DNA of 64,000 nt from a candidate division FCPU426 bacterium (GTDB taxonomy: Bacteria > Oederibacteriota > Muellerivitia > Muellerivitales > Muellerivitaceae), in the NCBI GenBank assembly GCA_963771075.1, contig CAVYSE010000004.1, positions 12,689 through 76,688 of the forward strand, read 5' to 3'. The position numbers were made by a program, and so were the translations under genes. This document shows, piece by piece, positions 1-9,485 of this stretch. The notes beneath the pieces were generated by a model. The model was given only the letters and a program-made list of their open reading frames with translations, made no database searches and was not told the origin of the DNA. The first letter of the stretch is position 1. Each line of letters opens with the position of its first letter.

Positions 1-969
1 GGCGTTCTCCAGGGTCAATTCCCCGGCGTCGAAGGAGATCTCATAGACCCCCGGCGGGTCGGCCTTCAGCGCCTGGCCGCCCTGGGCCACTTTCAAGCCC
101 TCGCCCTCGATGTCCAGCTTCAACTTCACGCCCGCCGGGAACCGGGGGATCTTGTCCCACTTCACCACCGTCGTGGTGCCGACCCTCACGGGCTCCGCGG
201 CCTCCAACACCTTCTGCGCTTTCCAGTAGGCGCCCACCTCCACGAAAGGCGCGATCCACAAGTCTTTCCGCTTCTTCACCAGGTAATCCAGGAAATCCAG
301 GTAGGTCTTTTTCTTGATGGGCTGGTACCAGTTCGACCCCTCGATGGCGTGGATCATCAACACGGTCCATGCCCCGGCGGAAAGGTCCGTATCCACCCAG
401 TTCTTGTAGGTCTCGCCGGCGTAGACGGTTTGGGTGGCCTGGCTGGGGATGTCGTACCAATCGGGGTTCATGTCCGGGGTCAGGTAATTATTATTTTGGC
501 CCCCGCCTCGGGCGATGAAATCGTTCGCCGCGACCCATTTCTTGATCCCCGGCGATTCCTCCACGTAGGGGTAGGCGAAGGTGAGGACGGGTTGGCCGGT
601 CAATTTTTCGAGGGCGGCCTTGGCGGATTCCACCTCGGTTCGCTCATCTGCGGGCGACAGTTCCGACGTATGCCGGTGGGTGACGGTATGGTTTCCGATC
701 TCCTGGCCCGCCTGGAAGGCCTTTTTCCATTCGTCCAAGCGGTCCATCTTGCCCGTGATCAGGTAAAAGGTGCCCCGCAGGTTCCGCTTGTTCATCTCGG
801 GGATTGCCAAGTCCAGGTGGATCGGGTCCCCGTCGTCATAGGTCAGGGAGAGGGCGGCCTTGTAGCCGTTCCAGGGCAGGATCTGGAAGGGAGCGTCCTT
901 CGCGGCCAAGAAAGAAGCGGAAAGAAACAATCCCGCCAACAGGGTCAGGCGCTTGATGGAATTAGGCAT
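1..969 (-). CDS. Secreted polysaccharide deacetylase family protein (runs off the left edge)
   Basis: Manual translation (absent from the ORF track): signal peptide MPNSIKRLTLLAGLFLS..., NodB motifs LSLTYDDG, HQEIGNHTVTHRH, TFAYPY and LMIHAIEG; AGGAGG RBS upstream. Confidence 0.85.
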   Translation of the reverse strand, partial: MPNSIKRLTLLAGLFLSASFLAAKDAPFQILPWNGYKAALSLTYDDGDPIHLDLAIPEMNKRNLRGTFYLITGKMDRLDEWKKAFQAGQEIGNHTVTHRHTSELSPADERTEVESAKAALEKLTGQPVLTFAYPYVEESPGIKKWVAANDFIARGGGQNNNYLTPDMNPDWYDIPSQATQTVYAGETYKNWVDTDLSAGAWTVLMIHAIEGSNWYQPIKKKTYLDFLDYLVKKRKDLWIAPFVEVGAYWKAQKVLEAAEPVRVGTTTVVKWDKIPRFPAGVKLKLDIEGEGLKVAQGGQALKADPPGVYEISFDAGELTLENA

Positions 970-1113
970 GCGGCCCTCCTTAAAAAGAAATAGACTGCTT
1001 CACCCCTCGGGCATCGGAAAAATCGCCTGGGTTGAAGCCCGAAACACCATAACCGGATACTCCCCTACCCCCCACTGGAACCAGCCAGCGGCATCTTTCG
1101 TACCTTGAACCGG

Positions 1114-3078
1114 TCAGTGCTCCGCTTGGAACGCCATGTAGGAATGGGGCTGGACGGTGACTTCGAAACGGGTCCGGGAGGGGCCCAATTCCGGCTCCCG
1201 ATTCCAACGGTTTTCGTTAGGGTCCGACGTCGGAGTGGGTTGGGGTTGCAGGAGTTGACCCGTCGCCAGGTTCCGTAATTTCAGGTTTTCCCCCGCCACC
1301 GCCAGGGTGACCGTCGATTCCACCGGCCGGTAGGACTCCACCACAAAGGTGTTGTTGTCATAGGCGAAGAGGGCCACTTGGGCCGGGGAATCCATTTGCA
1401 CCGGGAAGTCCTGCAGGAGGTACTTTTTGATGGCGTGGGTCACGCCCCGGGGCAGGTTGTACAGGTCGGAGATGTTCTCCGGGATGGTGATCACATAGAG
1501 AACGCCCTTGGAATAGTGGTTCATCAGGATGATCGGGAACCCCTTATCGGAAGCCACCCCCCGTACGATGCCCCACATGTCGTTGGTGAAGAACCGGATT
1601 TCCGGGAAAAGGATGGAGGGGTTGTCGCGCAGAGGGTCGTTGAGGCGGGTGCCGTTTCCCGCCCCGAACCCGTTGATGAAGTCGTGGATGGAAACGGTGC
1701 GGCCCGTGGCTTCCATCTCCGCGATATCCTTAAGCCCCTTGTCCTGCAGGGCGCGGACCAGCCCGGAAGTGATGAAGACGTTCTTGCCTGCGGCGAGTTG
1801 TTTCTTGATCTTCGAGACGATCTCGGGGTCGAACTTGGCGCTTTCGGTGAGGAGCACCCCGTCGGCCCCGGCCGGGAACTTGGGCGTCATTTCGATGGGG
1901 ATGCCGATGTTTCCCAAATAGTTTTGCAGGAAGTCCTCGCCGGTGGACTGGTAGGGCTTGTAATTCATCAGGCCGATGGGTTTGCCCAGCCGGCCCAGCA
2001 CCGGGTCGACCTGCTCCAAGGCATAGCCCGCGATCCGGCCCCAGCCGGGCCCCGCGGTCACGCCCGGGAGGGGTTGGTAGGACTTGAGCATCGCATCCCA
2101 GTTGAAGCTGGTGTCCAGGTTCTGCCAGGCCTCCCGGTCTCCCGGTTTCACGGGCCATTCGGCGGCCATCTCATACCAGTTGAAAAGGGTGATCTCGGGG
2201 GATTTGGCGAAGAGGGTATCCCACAACTGCTCCGGGTATCGGTCGGCGTATCGGGTGCTGTAGGTATCCACCCAGCCCCCCAGGTTCCCGCCGTCGGGGC
2301 GGATGTTGCTGAAGTAGCGGAAGATCTCGTAGCTCTCGTACTGTTGCAGAAGCTGGTCGGTGATCGTGGGGTCGCGCGTCTCGGTGCCGGTGTAGATGGC
2401 GTCGAAGGCGTGGGCTTCCTGGTCCAGGTCGTAGCCCAGGCCCTGGAAATGTTCGTACCAGTTGGGATACTTGATGATCATCTTGATCTTCGGGCGGATG
2501 GCCCGGGCGGGTTTCAGCACCAGGTTCCGGGCGGCCTTACGCATGGTGTCCAGGCGGTACTGGGTCCAGGAGCGCTTGCCCTTGGCGGCGATATCGAGGT
2601 CGGACTTGCTGGTGTAAAAGAAGAAATCGTCCAGGATGACGGTGTCGAAATGCCGGGCCGCGATCTGCACGGCCTTCTTGCATTCCGCCCGGTCCTCCGG
2701 CTTCTCAAAGTCGAAGGTGCCGAACTGGCCGCTCTTCCCTCCCCCGGCGGAAAGGGTCAGACCGCCGCAGACCGTAATGCCCCGGTCGGTGAAGAACTTG
2801 ATGATCTTGTCCAGGGTGGCTTCGTCGGCGAAATTCCTGTCCCGGTAGACTTCCAGGTAGACCTTGTCGAACTTGACCCGGCTCGCGACCCGGTCGTATT
2901 CCTGTCGCAAGACCTTCTCGTCGGCGAAACGCTGGGTGGCGTTGACCACGATATAGATGGCGGTGCGGAAATTCTTGTACTTCCCCGCCGGCTTGTCCCC
3001 TTCGGCGAAGGAACCCATCGGGAATAGGAGAGTAAGGCACAAAATCGAAAATGCCACGACTGCGAACAACCGCTTCAT
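1114..3078 (-). CDS. Secreted conserved hypothetical protein, probable glycoside-hydrolase-like TIM barrel
   Basis: Signal peptide MKRLFAVVAF..., GGAGG RBS; motifs ILDDFFF, IIKYPNWYEHF and YTGTETRD; family assignment is tentative. Confidence 0.55.
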   Translation of the reverse strand: MKRLFAVVAFSILCLTLLFPMGSFAEGDKPAGKYKNFRTAIYIVVNATQRFADEKVLRQEYDRVASRVKFDKVYLEVYRDRNFADEATLDKIIKFFTDRGITVCGGLTLSAGGGKSGQFGTFDFEKPEDRAECKKAVQIAARHFDTVILDDFFFYTSKSDLDIAAKGKRSWTQYRLDTMRKAARNLVLKPARAIRPKIKMIIKYPNWYEHFQGLGYDLDQEAHAFDAIYTGTETRDPTITDQLLQQYESYEIFRYFSNIRPDGGNLGGWVDTYSTRYADRYPEQLWDTLFAKSPEITLFNWYEMAAEWPVKPGDREAWQNLDTSFNWDAMLKSYQPLPGVTAGPGWGRIAGYALEQVDPVLGRLGKPIGLMNYKPYQSTGEDFLQNYLGNIGIPIEMTPKFPAGADGVLLTESAKFDPEIVSKIKKQLAAGKNVFITSGLVRALQDKGLKDIAEMEATGRTVSIHDFINGFGAGNGTRLNDPLRDNPSILFPEIRFFTNDMWGIVRGVASDKGFPIILMNHYSKGVLYVITIPENISDLYNLPRGVTHAIKKYLLQDFPVQMDSPAQVALFAYDNNTFVVESYRPVESTVTLAVAGENLKLRNLATGQLLQPQPTPTSDPNENRWNREPELGPSRTRFEVTVQPHSYMAFQAEH

Positions 3079-3133
3079 GGGAACCGCCTCCAGTATCATA
3101 AGTTTTTTCCGATATTCGATTGGAATTGCCGGC

Positions 3134-3490
3134 TTAATCCGCGGGTCCCGCCATGCCTGATAACCAGGACATCAAGGCCATGCTTCCCAAGAAGACAAGA
3201 ACGGTCGCGAGCAGGATGGGCAGCACCACCCAGAAGATAAAACCGATCCAAAGGGAATTTTTCCCGACCTTGCGGGTTTCCTTGGATTCCTGGTCATACA
3301 GAAGGATTCCGATTAGGATTCCGGCCATCGGTATAAAAAGGGAAAAGAGGTACCAACCCCAGCGGTAGTCCCAGAAGGAAGGGCCGGCGGGTTGGGCGGA
3401 CGCGACGGATTCCACAGGGGCCAGGTTGGGCGGGAGCGAAGCTGGGCGGGCTTTCGAAGCCGGACGGGCTTTTCGATGGGAGGGCGTCAT
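3134..3490 (-). CDS. Small membrane protein (2 TM)
   Basis: Two hydrophobic segments; start overlaps the upstream stop. Confidence 0.7.
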   Translation of the reverse strand: MTPSHRKARPASKARPASLPPNLAPVESVASAQPAGPSFWDYRWGWYLFSLFIPMAGILIGILLYDQESKETRKVGKNSLWIGFIFWVVLPILLATVLVFLGSMALMSWLSGMAGPAD

Positions 3491-4017
3491 TAAAAGACCT
3501 TGAACAAAAGGGCAAGCACCCCTCCCAATACACCGAGCATGGCGGTGGGAAGGAGCACATAAACATAGGCCGAAACCCGGGAACAGGCCAGGATTTCCGC
3601 CGAGCCGACCACCTCAAAATAAATAACCGCCAGGAGGCCCCACTTGCCGATGAGAAAGGCGAGCGCCAAGGCGGCCATGCCCCCGGTGGAGTAAAAAACC
3701 AATTTTTGCAGGTCGTCCAGGGAAAGTTGGGCTCCCAACAAATACCCTGTCAACCGGATAAAAGCCGCCCAAAGGTAGCCGCAAACCAGCACAGCGAAAG
3801 GCAAGGCGATGAGGAGAGCGACAGTCACGAAGGCCACGATGGAGAGGGTCCCTCCCGAGAGGGCTTCCTGCAGGCCCAGCAGGACCGCGACCAGGATCGA
3901 GGTCAGGGCCGCGAAGTTGGAAGCGGCCTGGGGTTTCGATTCTTGGGCGACCGAGGAAAAAAAGGGGCCCGGTTTGGTCCAAAGAAAAATGAGGTTTTGA
4001 AAATAATCCTTGATCAT
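3490..4017 (-). CDS. YIP1-family membrane protein
   Basis: WTKPGPFFSSV N-terminal motif and about 5 TM segments; start at 4017 or 4035. Confidence 0.65.
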   Translation of the reverse strand: MIKDYFQNLIFLWTKPGPFFSSVAQESKPQAASNFAALTSILVAVLLGLQEALSGGTLSIVAFVTVALLIALPFAVLVCGYLWAAFIRLTGYLLGAQLSLDDLQKLVFYSTGGMAALALAFLIGKWGLLAVIYFEVVGSAEILACSRVSAYVYVLLPTAMLGVLGGVLALLFKVF

Positions 4018-4310
4018 GGGGGCCAAGTTTAACACAAAGCGGCTTTATTCAAGTGTCGAGAGGGGGATAAAAAACGTCACATCCATCACATGCCGACTCT
4101 ACATTAACCACTTAGGGGAGGTTGGTATTGTCCCGTATCCTTTGGCCCAAAGGGCCAAAGGGGACAAAGCCGCTCAGACGCCAAGAAAAGCCCAACCCTC
4201 GGATAAAATCAAAACCTGAACCCAAAACCGATCGGTTGGTTTTAATAATTAATATTACTTTGCGGCCTGGCGTCTTCGCGTTGGCGGCGGGTGTTCCTGG
4301 TTTGGGCATT

Positions 4311-4718
4311 CTATTCGTCGAGGCGCTCCAGGGCCTCGTCCCAGGCGTCGTCCAGGTCGTCCACGTCGCCCTCGTTGATGACTTCAATCAGGAGCTTCTT
4401 CAGGCGGGGCGCCAGGGCCTCGTCCATCTCGTTCTCCTCGAGGACTTCCTTCACCTCATCCAAGGTCAGGTTCTCGAGAAAATCCTCGGCTTCGGCTTGG
4501 AAGAGCTTCTTTCGGTCCTTGTCGGAGGTATCCGCACCTTCCTCCTTCTCGTCCTCATCCTCGTCTTCGTCCTCTTCCTCATCCTCGGCGTCATCCAGTC
4601 CTATGGTTTCTTCCTCGTCGTCTTCCTCTTCCTCGTCCTCTTCCTCGACATCGTCCTCTTCTTCCATGGACTCCTCGTCGTCATTCAAATCGTCCTCATG
4701 GCGGCGTTTGGGTGACAC
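4311..4718 (-). CDS. Highly acidic low-complexity hypothetical protein
   Basis: GTG start after a GAGGAGG RBS; long Asp/Glu tract followed by a helical C-terminal domain. Confidence 0.7.
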   Translation of the reverse strand: MSPKRRHEDDLNDDEESMEEEDDVEEEDEEEEDDEEETIGLDDAEDEEEDEDEDEDEKEEGADTSDKDRKKLFQAEAEDFLENLTLDEVKEVLEENEMDEALAPRLKKLLIEVINEGDVDDLDDAWDEALERLDE

Positions 4719-4812
4719 AAGATCCTCCTCGATCCTAAAAGGTTGCCCGAACCGTCCGGGCGTCTGGATGGGCCTCATGGTTACCCGTGAGGGCCATACC
4801 TGTCAAGGGCCG

Positions 4813-6579
4813 TCAGCCGCCTAATTCCCGGTGGCGGCGCAAATTATCCCAGATGTTACGGTCCACGATCTCAATACCCGTAAAGCGGGCCAAGGCCTGG
4901 GCTTCCCGGCTGGTGTCGCAGGTGACCAGCAATAACCCACGGTGGCAAAATTCCGATTTCATGATATGGCCCATCTCGCTCACCAATTCCTGGTCCACCC
5001 GTTCGGAGGCGGGAAATTGCTTGGCCATGACGCAGAATTTGCCGCCCGTCACCGGATGGGGGTGCTCCGCCACCGCGATGACCGCCCCTCCGGGAGCCCG
5101 GCGGATTTTTTCCACCTGGAAACCCATGCTTTTCAGGAACTGGTCCACTTCGTCCTGGAAAGCCAGGATGGACATCCCGCTCAGGTCCATCACCACGCCC
5201 TTCTCGTCCACGATGCGGATGGTCCATCGGGTTTCATAGGGCGGGCCGTCCAAAAGCGCCTGCAGTTTCTTGCCGTCCACCAGGTCGACCGCCAGCTTGC
5301 GGGATATGTTGCGCGCCTCCTCGGTGTATTCCACCGTCACGAAATAGATGCCCCTCCGGCAATGTTCCTCGCGGGTCACCTCGTCCAATTCCCTCACCAG
5401 GTCCGCGTGCACCTGGGAGCCGACGGGAAATTGGCGCGCCAGGATCATGTAGCTTCCGCCCAATACGGGGTGGGAGAAATCCGCCTGCACCTGCAGGGTG
5501 CCGCCCGGCACCTTCTTGACCCCCGTGGCCTCGAACCCCATCTTGCCCAGAAGGCTGACCACCATGGCCTGGAACTGGGCCAAGGGCATGTCGTTCAACT
5601 GGCGGTTTTTCATGGTGTCGATGGGGACGATCTCGTCGAGGGGGGCGCTTTCCTTCGGTTTTTCCCACCCGTCGTCCTTTTTTTCCACCGGGGTCTCGTA
5701 CCGCACGTTCAGCTTGGGGGCGTTTTCCCTCAGGCGTTCCAGGATGCGGGCGGTCTTGCTCTCGCCGTCGGGGATGGCCTCCACTTCCATGCCGTCGTTG
5801 TAGCGGAAATCAAAGGAGGAGAGGATCTTAAAGGGGCTTAACTTTTTCCGATCCAGCTGGACGAAGACTTCCCGGGTGGCCTTGACGCTCAAAACCGGGC
5901 CATCGTAGAACTTGGCCTTTCCGCTGATGAATTGCATCATTCCGTCCACGATGACCGCGGGAATGTTCTCCGAAAGGGTGAAGACCAGGTCGATGACGTC
6001 GGCCGTATCGGCCAGGACCTTCTCGCGGAAAAGCTTGAAATTGCCGTCCACGTCGCCGCCCAACTCGGTGTTGAACCGCTTGGCAAAAAACCTGATCCGC
6101 GGGACGGTGTCGATGACGTGGACCGTCTTGATCTCCAGCCCGGGAATCTTTTCCGCGGCGAAATAGCGGAACACCTCGTCGAAATTGCCCATGGCCCCCT
6201 TGCGCAAATAGTTGCGCTTTTCGTCCATCCGCTGTTTGATTCGGCGCGCGTCCCACTCCACCTTTTTCTTTTTTTCCTCGGCCCGGGTGGCGAACCGGAT
6301 GAAGAGACCCACAAAAACAAGGGTTGCCAACAACCCGACGATCGTCCCTTCGGCGGGATTGGCCTGGGCGTAGTTCCAGAAATTGGTGAAAAAAGTGCGG
6401 ATGATGCCGATGGCGAACCCGTTGAAGATCAGGACCAAAAAGAACAGGATCATAATGGAAACGACGAATCCGCCGATTTTGGCTTCCTCCTCCGTATGGC
6501 CCTGCTTCACGAGCATTTGTTTGATATGCCGGGCGCCGGGAAGCCGCAAGAGCCGTTCTTGGAACTCTTCGAATTTCAT
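4813..6579 (-). CDS. Membrane-anchored protein with two tandem Mrr-like (restriction endonuclease fold) domains
   Basis: Two N-terminal TM helices; two copies of the Mrr_cat pattern FQ..V..LL.KMGF...GG...ARQF...V...LVREL...RG....T.EA....LVDG. Confidence 0.75.
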   Translation of the reverse strand: MKFEEFQERLLRLPGARHIKQMLVKQGHTEEEAKIGGFVVSIMILFFLVLIFNGFAIGIIRTFFTNFWNYAQANPAEGTIVGLLATLVFVGLFIRFATRAEEKKKKVEWDARRIKQRMDEKRNYLRKGAMGNFDEVFRYFAAEKIPGLEIKTVHVIDTVPRIRFFAKRFNTELGGDVDGNFKLFREKVLADTADVIDLVFTLSENIPAVIVDGMMQFISGKAKFYDGPVLSVKATREVFVQLDRKKLSPFKILSSFDFRYNDGMEVEAIPDGESKTARILERLRENAPKLNVRYETPVEKKDDGWEKPKESAPLDEIVPIDTMKNRQLNDMPLAQFQAMVVSLLGKMGFEATGVKKVPGGTLQVQADFSHPVLGGSYMILARQFPVGSQVHADLVRELDEVTREEHCRRGIYFVTVEYTEEARNISRKLAVDLVDGKKLQALLDGPPYETRWTIRIVDEKGVVMDLSGMSILAFQDEVDQFLKSMGFQVEKIRRAPGGAVIAVAEHPHPVTGGKFCVMAKQFPASERVDQELVSEMGHIMKSEFCHRGLLLVTCDTSREAQALARFTGIEIVDRNIWDNLRRHRELGG

Positions 6580-6651
6580 CGGTTCATCAACCTCGCGAGG
6601 ATTGGAAAGGATTCGGGTTCATGTTAAAGTCGCCGACCATAGGAGGCAAGC

Positions 6652-7329
6652 ATGGATTTTGTGAAGCGGCTGGAAAAGATCATGGAAAAACTCCGAGGTC
6701 CGGGCGGGTGCCCTTGGGACCGCCGTCAGACCCATAAAAGCCTGAAACCTTACCTGTTGGAAGAAGCTCACGAAGCCCTGGAAGCCATCGATAACGGCGA
6801 CCCGGAACACCTCCGGGAGGAACTGGGCGATCTTCTCTTACAGGTGGTATTTCACGCGCAATTGGCGAAAGAGAAAAACCGTTTTAACTTCCAGCAAGTG
6901 GCGAAAACCATCGGCGACAAGTTGGTGCGCCGGCACCCCCATGTGTTCGGCAAGTCCAGCCGCAAGATCAACGACATCAACCGCAAGTGGGAGGAATTAA
7001 AACGGCTGGAAAAGCCAAACCGCCAATCGGCCCTGGACGGCCTGCCCCATTCCCTTCCCGCACTTTTGCGGGCCCAGCGGATGCATGAAAAAATCGCCAA
7101 AAACACCCCCTCCCCGGACGACCGGGCCTCCCGGGAGCTCCATCAGGCCTGGAAGAACCTGCAAAAGGGGTTGAAGGGGTCGAAGCTCATGAAGGAAAAG
7201 GCGGCCGGGGAGTTCCTGCTGAAATTCGCCCAATTCTCGCAGGCCGAAGGCATCCACGCCGAGATGGCCTTGATCCGAGCAACCGCGAATTACGAAAAAC
7301 ACTTTAGGAAAACCGAGAAAATAAAATAA
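6652..7329 (+). CDS. mazG: MazG nucleoside triphosphate pyrophosphohydrolase
   Basis: LRGPGGCPWDRRQTH, LLEEAHE, EELGDLLLQVVFH and KLVRRHPHVF; second MazG domain degenerate; AGGAGG RBS. Confidence 0.92.
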   Translation: MDFVKRLEKIMEKLRGPGGCPWDRRQTHKSLKPYLLEEAHEALEAIDNGDPEHLREELGDLLLQVVFHAQLAKEKNRFNFQQVAKTIGDKLVRRHPHVFGKSSRKINDINRKWEELKRLEKPNRQSALDGLPHSLPALLRAQRMHEKIAKNTPSPDDRASRELHQAWKNLQKGLKGSKLMKEKAAGEFLLKFAQFSQAEGIHAEMALIRATANYEKHFRKTEKIK

Positions 7330-7470
7330 AGAGATTTACCACAGAGGCACGGAGACACGGAGAAATATTCATTTCTGATACGGCCGAATTCAAAAATTCA
7401 ATTTTAAAAGTACGACTCAATTCATATCGGATTTAAACCAAAACCAGTTTTCCGCTTTGATAACCCACCT

Positions 7471-8136
7471 TTATTGTTTCGCTTTAAACACATTCATGTC
7501 CGGAAGGGCCAGGGCGGTCAAGGTCCCCCCGTAAACGCAACCCGTGTCCAAATTGATCCGGTCTTTGGTCAGGTCCAACTGTTCCATGGGGGTGTGCCCA
7601 TGGATCACCAATTTGGGGGTGGGCCGGGGGTCCTGCAGGAACTTCCGGCGGATCCATAATAGGTCATCCTGTTCCTGGGCGCTTAAGGGGTTGTCGAGGT
7701 TGACGCCCGCGTGGCAGAAAAAATAATCCGGCGTCTCGTAGGTCAGGGGCAGGGAGTTCAAAAACTCAGCATGGGAGGGAGGAATGTGGGACTGTAGCAC
7801 CATATGGGCCCCCTCGCCCCTCACCTCATCCATTTTCTGCGGCGGCACGTAGGATTGCAGGGTCTGCAAACCGCCGTTCAAGAGCCAGTTGGAAGCCGTC
7901 ATGGAATTGGGCGTGCCCAGCCATTCCAACAGCATTTGCTCGTGGTTTCCCCTCAAGAAATGCCATTGGGGGGTTTGTTTCTCCAGGATAAAATCCAGGA
8001 CGCCCTTGCTGTCGGGACCGCGGTCGATGTAATCCCCCAGGAAAACCACCTCGTCCTCCGGGGTCAGGGGCAATTGGGCGAACAGGTCCTTCAAGGCTTT
8101 CAAACAACCATGGATGTCGCCAATGGCGTAGATCAT
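7471..8136 (-). CDS. Metallophosphoesterase (PPP/ApaH-like Ser/Thr phosphatase)
   Basis: GDIHG, GDYIDRG, RGNHE, HAG, HGHTP and DTG motifs; ATGA overlap with the MFS stop. Confidence 0.92.
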   Translation of the reverse strand: MIYAIGDIHGCLKALKDLFAQLPLTPEDEVVFLGDYIDRGPDSKGVLDFILEKQTPQWHFLRGNHEQMLLEWLGTPNSMTASNWLLNGGLQTLQSYVPPQKMDEVRGEGAHMVLQSHIPPSHAEFLNSLPLTYETPDYFFCHAGVNLDNPLSAQEQDDLLWIRRKFLQDPRPTPKLVIHGHTPMEQLDLTKDRINLDTGCVYGGTLTALALPDMNVFKAKQ

Positions 8137-9419
8137 CGTTTCTCCGTTCCAACTACAAGTTTTTTCCGTTTTCCCTCCGGGGGAAAGGAAAAGTAATAGC
8201 ATCCCCATTGCGACAAGCCCAGCAGGACCAACGCGATCCTCAATCCCGCATCTCCCTTGGAGAGCCCGTACCAAAAGAGACAAAGTCCCATCAGGCGGCC
8301 CGCCACCAATGGTAACTCACGAAGCGTCAGGTATTCCAGCTTCCGCTCCTGGGATTTGTGCGCTTTCTCGATCACATTGAACGAAATCGCGCTAAACCCG
8401 ATGAGGAACCAGGTCGATCCGATCGAGAATAGGATCCCAAACAACAGGAGGGGTATGGGCCCCAAGCTGACCGCCAAAACCAGGGTCGAAACCGCGATGA
8501 GGATGGAGGAATAGCCCATACCGCCCCGGCGGTCCTGGTAGGCGTCCCACCGGGAAATGACATAGGCCGTCACCACGGCCAAAAAGGTGGAAAGGGTGTT
8601 GAAATTGCCCACGGCCAGTTCGTTGTTCCAGGCTTTGTAAACGAAAAGACTGGTCACAAACCAGAAGACCCCGCTGCGGATTCCCGAAAAAAACCAAGCG
8701 GTCAGGAGGAATTTGTAATCCTTTCCCCAAGGCAGACGCAAAACCTTCCGGACATTGAAATCCTTCGTCTCATGGGGAACCTTCAACCGGAAACTTTGCG
8801 CGATGAGGCCCAGGTAGATCAGGAGGGTAAAGCCGAAAATGAGGTAATAGCCCAAAAGGGAGCCGTTGGAAGGGGCCGGGCCCGTATTGAAGGAAGCGAT
8901 GACCCAGCCCGCGAGCATGGGGGCGGGGATCTTGAGGATGGAGCTTAAAAGGACATAGAGGGAGAAGAAATAGTCGCGGTCCTTCGCGTCGGTAAGGTCC
9001 AGCGTAAGCGCGTGTTGACCCAGGTAATAAAAACCGATGGCCAACCCGCTCAAAACCCCCAATTCCAGGGAATAATGAGGCGCCGTTTCCCGCAGGAAAA
9101 GCACGGCCAGGAGCAGGAGCCCGTAAAAAAGGAAACCCAACTGGTAGGAAAGGCGGTGCCCGAAGCGGGGCGAAAGAGCCCCACCGACCCAAAAACCGAT
9201 GGGTATAAAAATGAACTGGACCAGGTTGAAGGGGACGATGACATTCCAGTCCTGGTGCTGGCGGAAAAGGAAAACATTGATGAAGGCATAGGAAAGGGCA
9301 AAGGTGAAATCGTAAAGGGCGATCATCCAAATGAGGGTCTTGGCGTTATCGGGCAACTGTTTCCGGACGCCGAGGAACCGCGCCAGGAATTTATATATAT
9401 ATGAAAAGAACAGATCCAC
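8133..9419 (-). CDS. MFS transporter
   Basis: 428 aa with about 12 hydrophobic segments. Confidence 0.8.
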   Translation of the reverse strand: MDLFFSYIYKFLARFLGVRKQLPDNAKTLIWMIALYDFTFALSYAFINVFLFRQHQDWNVIVPFNLVQFIFIPIGFWVGGALSPRFGHRLSYQLGFLFYGLLLLAVLFLRETAPHYSLELGVLSGLAIGFYYLGQHALTLDLTDAKDRDYFFSLYVLLSSILKIPAPMLAGWVIASFNTGPAPSNGSLLGYYLIFGFTLLIYLGLIAQSFRLKVPHETKDFNVRKVLRLPWGKDYKFLLTAWFFSGIRSGVFWFVTSLFVYKAWNNELAVGNFNTLSTFLAVVTAYVISRWDAYQDRRGGMGYSSILIAVSTLVLAVSLGPIPLLLFGILFSIGSTWFLIGFSAISFNVIEKAHKSQERKLEYLTLRELPLVAGRLMGLCLFWYGLSKGDAGLRIALVLLGLSQWGCYYFSFPPEGKRKKLVVGTEKR

Positions 9420-9438
9420 AGTTTCCCTTGCCGATAAT

Positions 9439-9468
9439 AAAAAAAGGGCGGGCTCATTCGGCCCGCCC
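9439..9468 (-). terminator. Rho-independent terminator after asmA
   Basis: GGGCGGGC/GCCCGCCC stem followed by a T run on the minus strand. Confidence 0.7.
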
Positions 9469-9485
9469 CGGAAATAACCTTCCGA

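Noticed and set aside
349..3027. Long plus-strand ORFs (349-993, 1378-3027) and similar antisense ORFs over recA, pst and the RND gene
   Set aside because: Shadow frames of GC-rich genes on the opposite strand, with no recognisable motifs
4813..7329. Mrr plus MazG as a known anti-phage system
   Set aside because: The genes are divergent, the MazG is the ordinary housekeeping type, and the context is not a defence island
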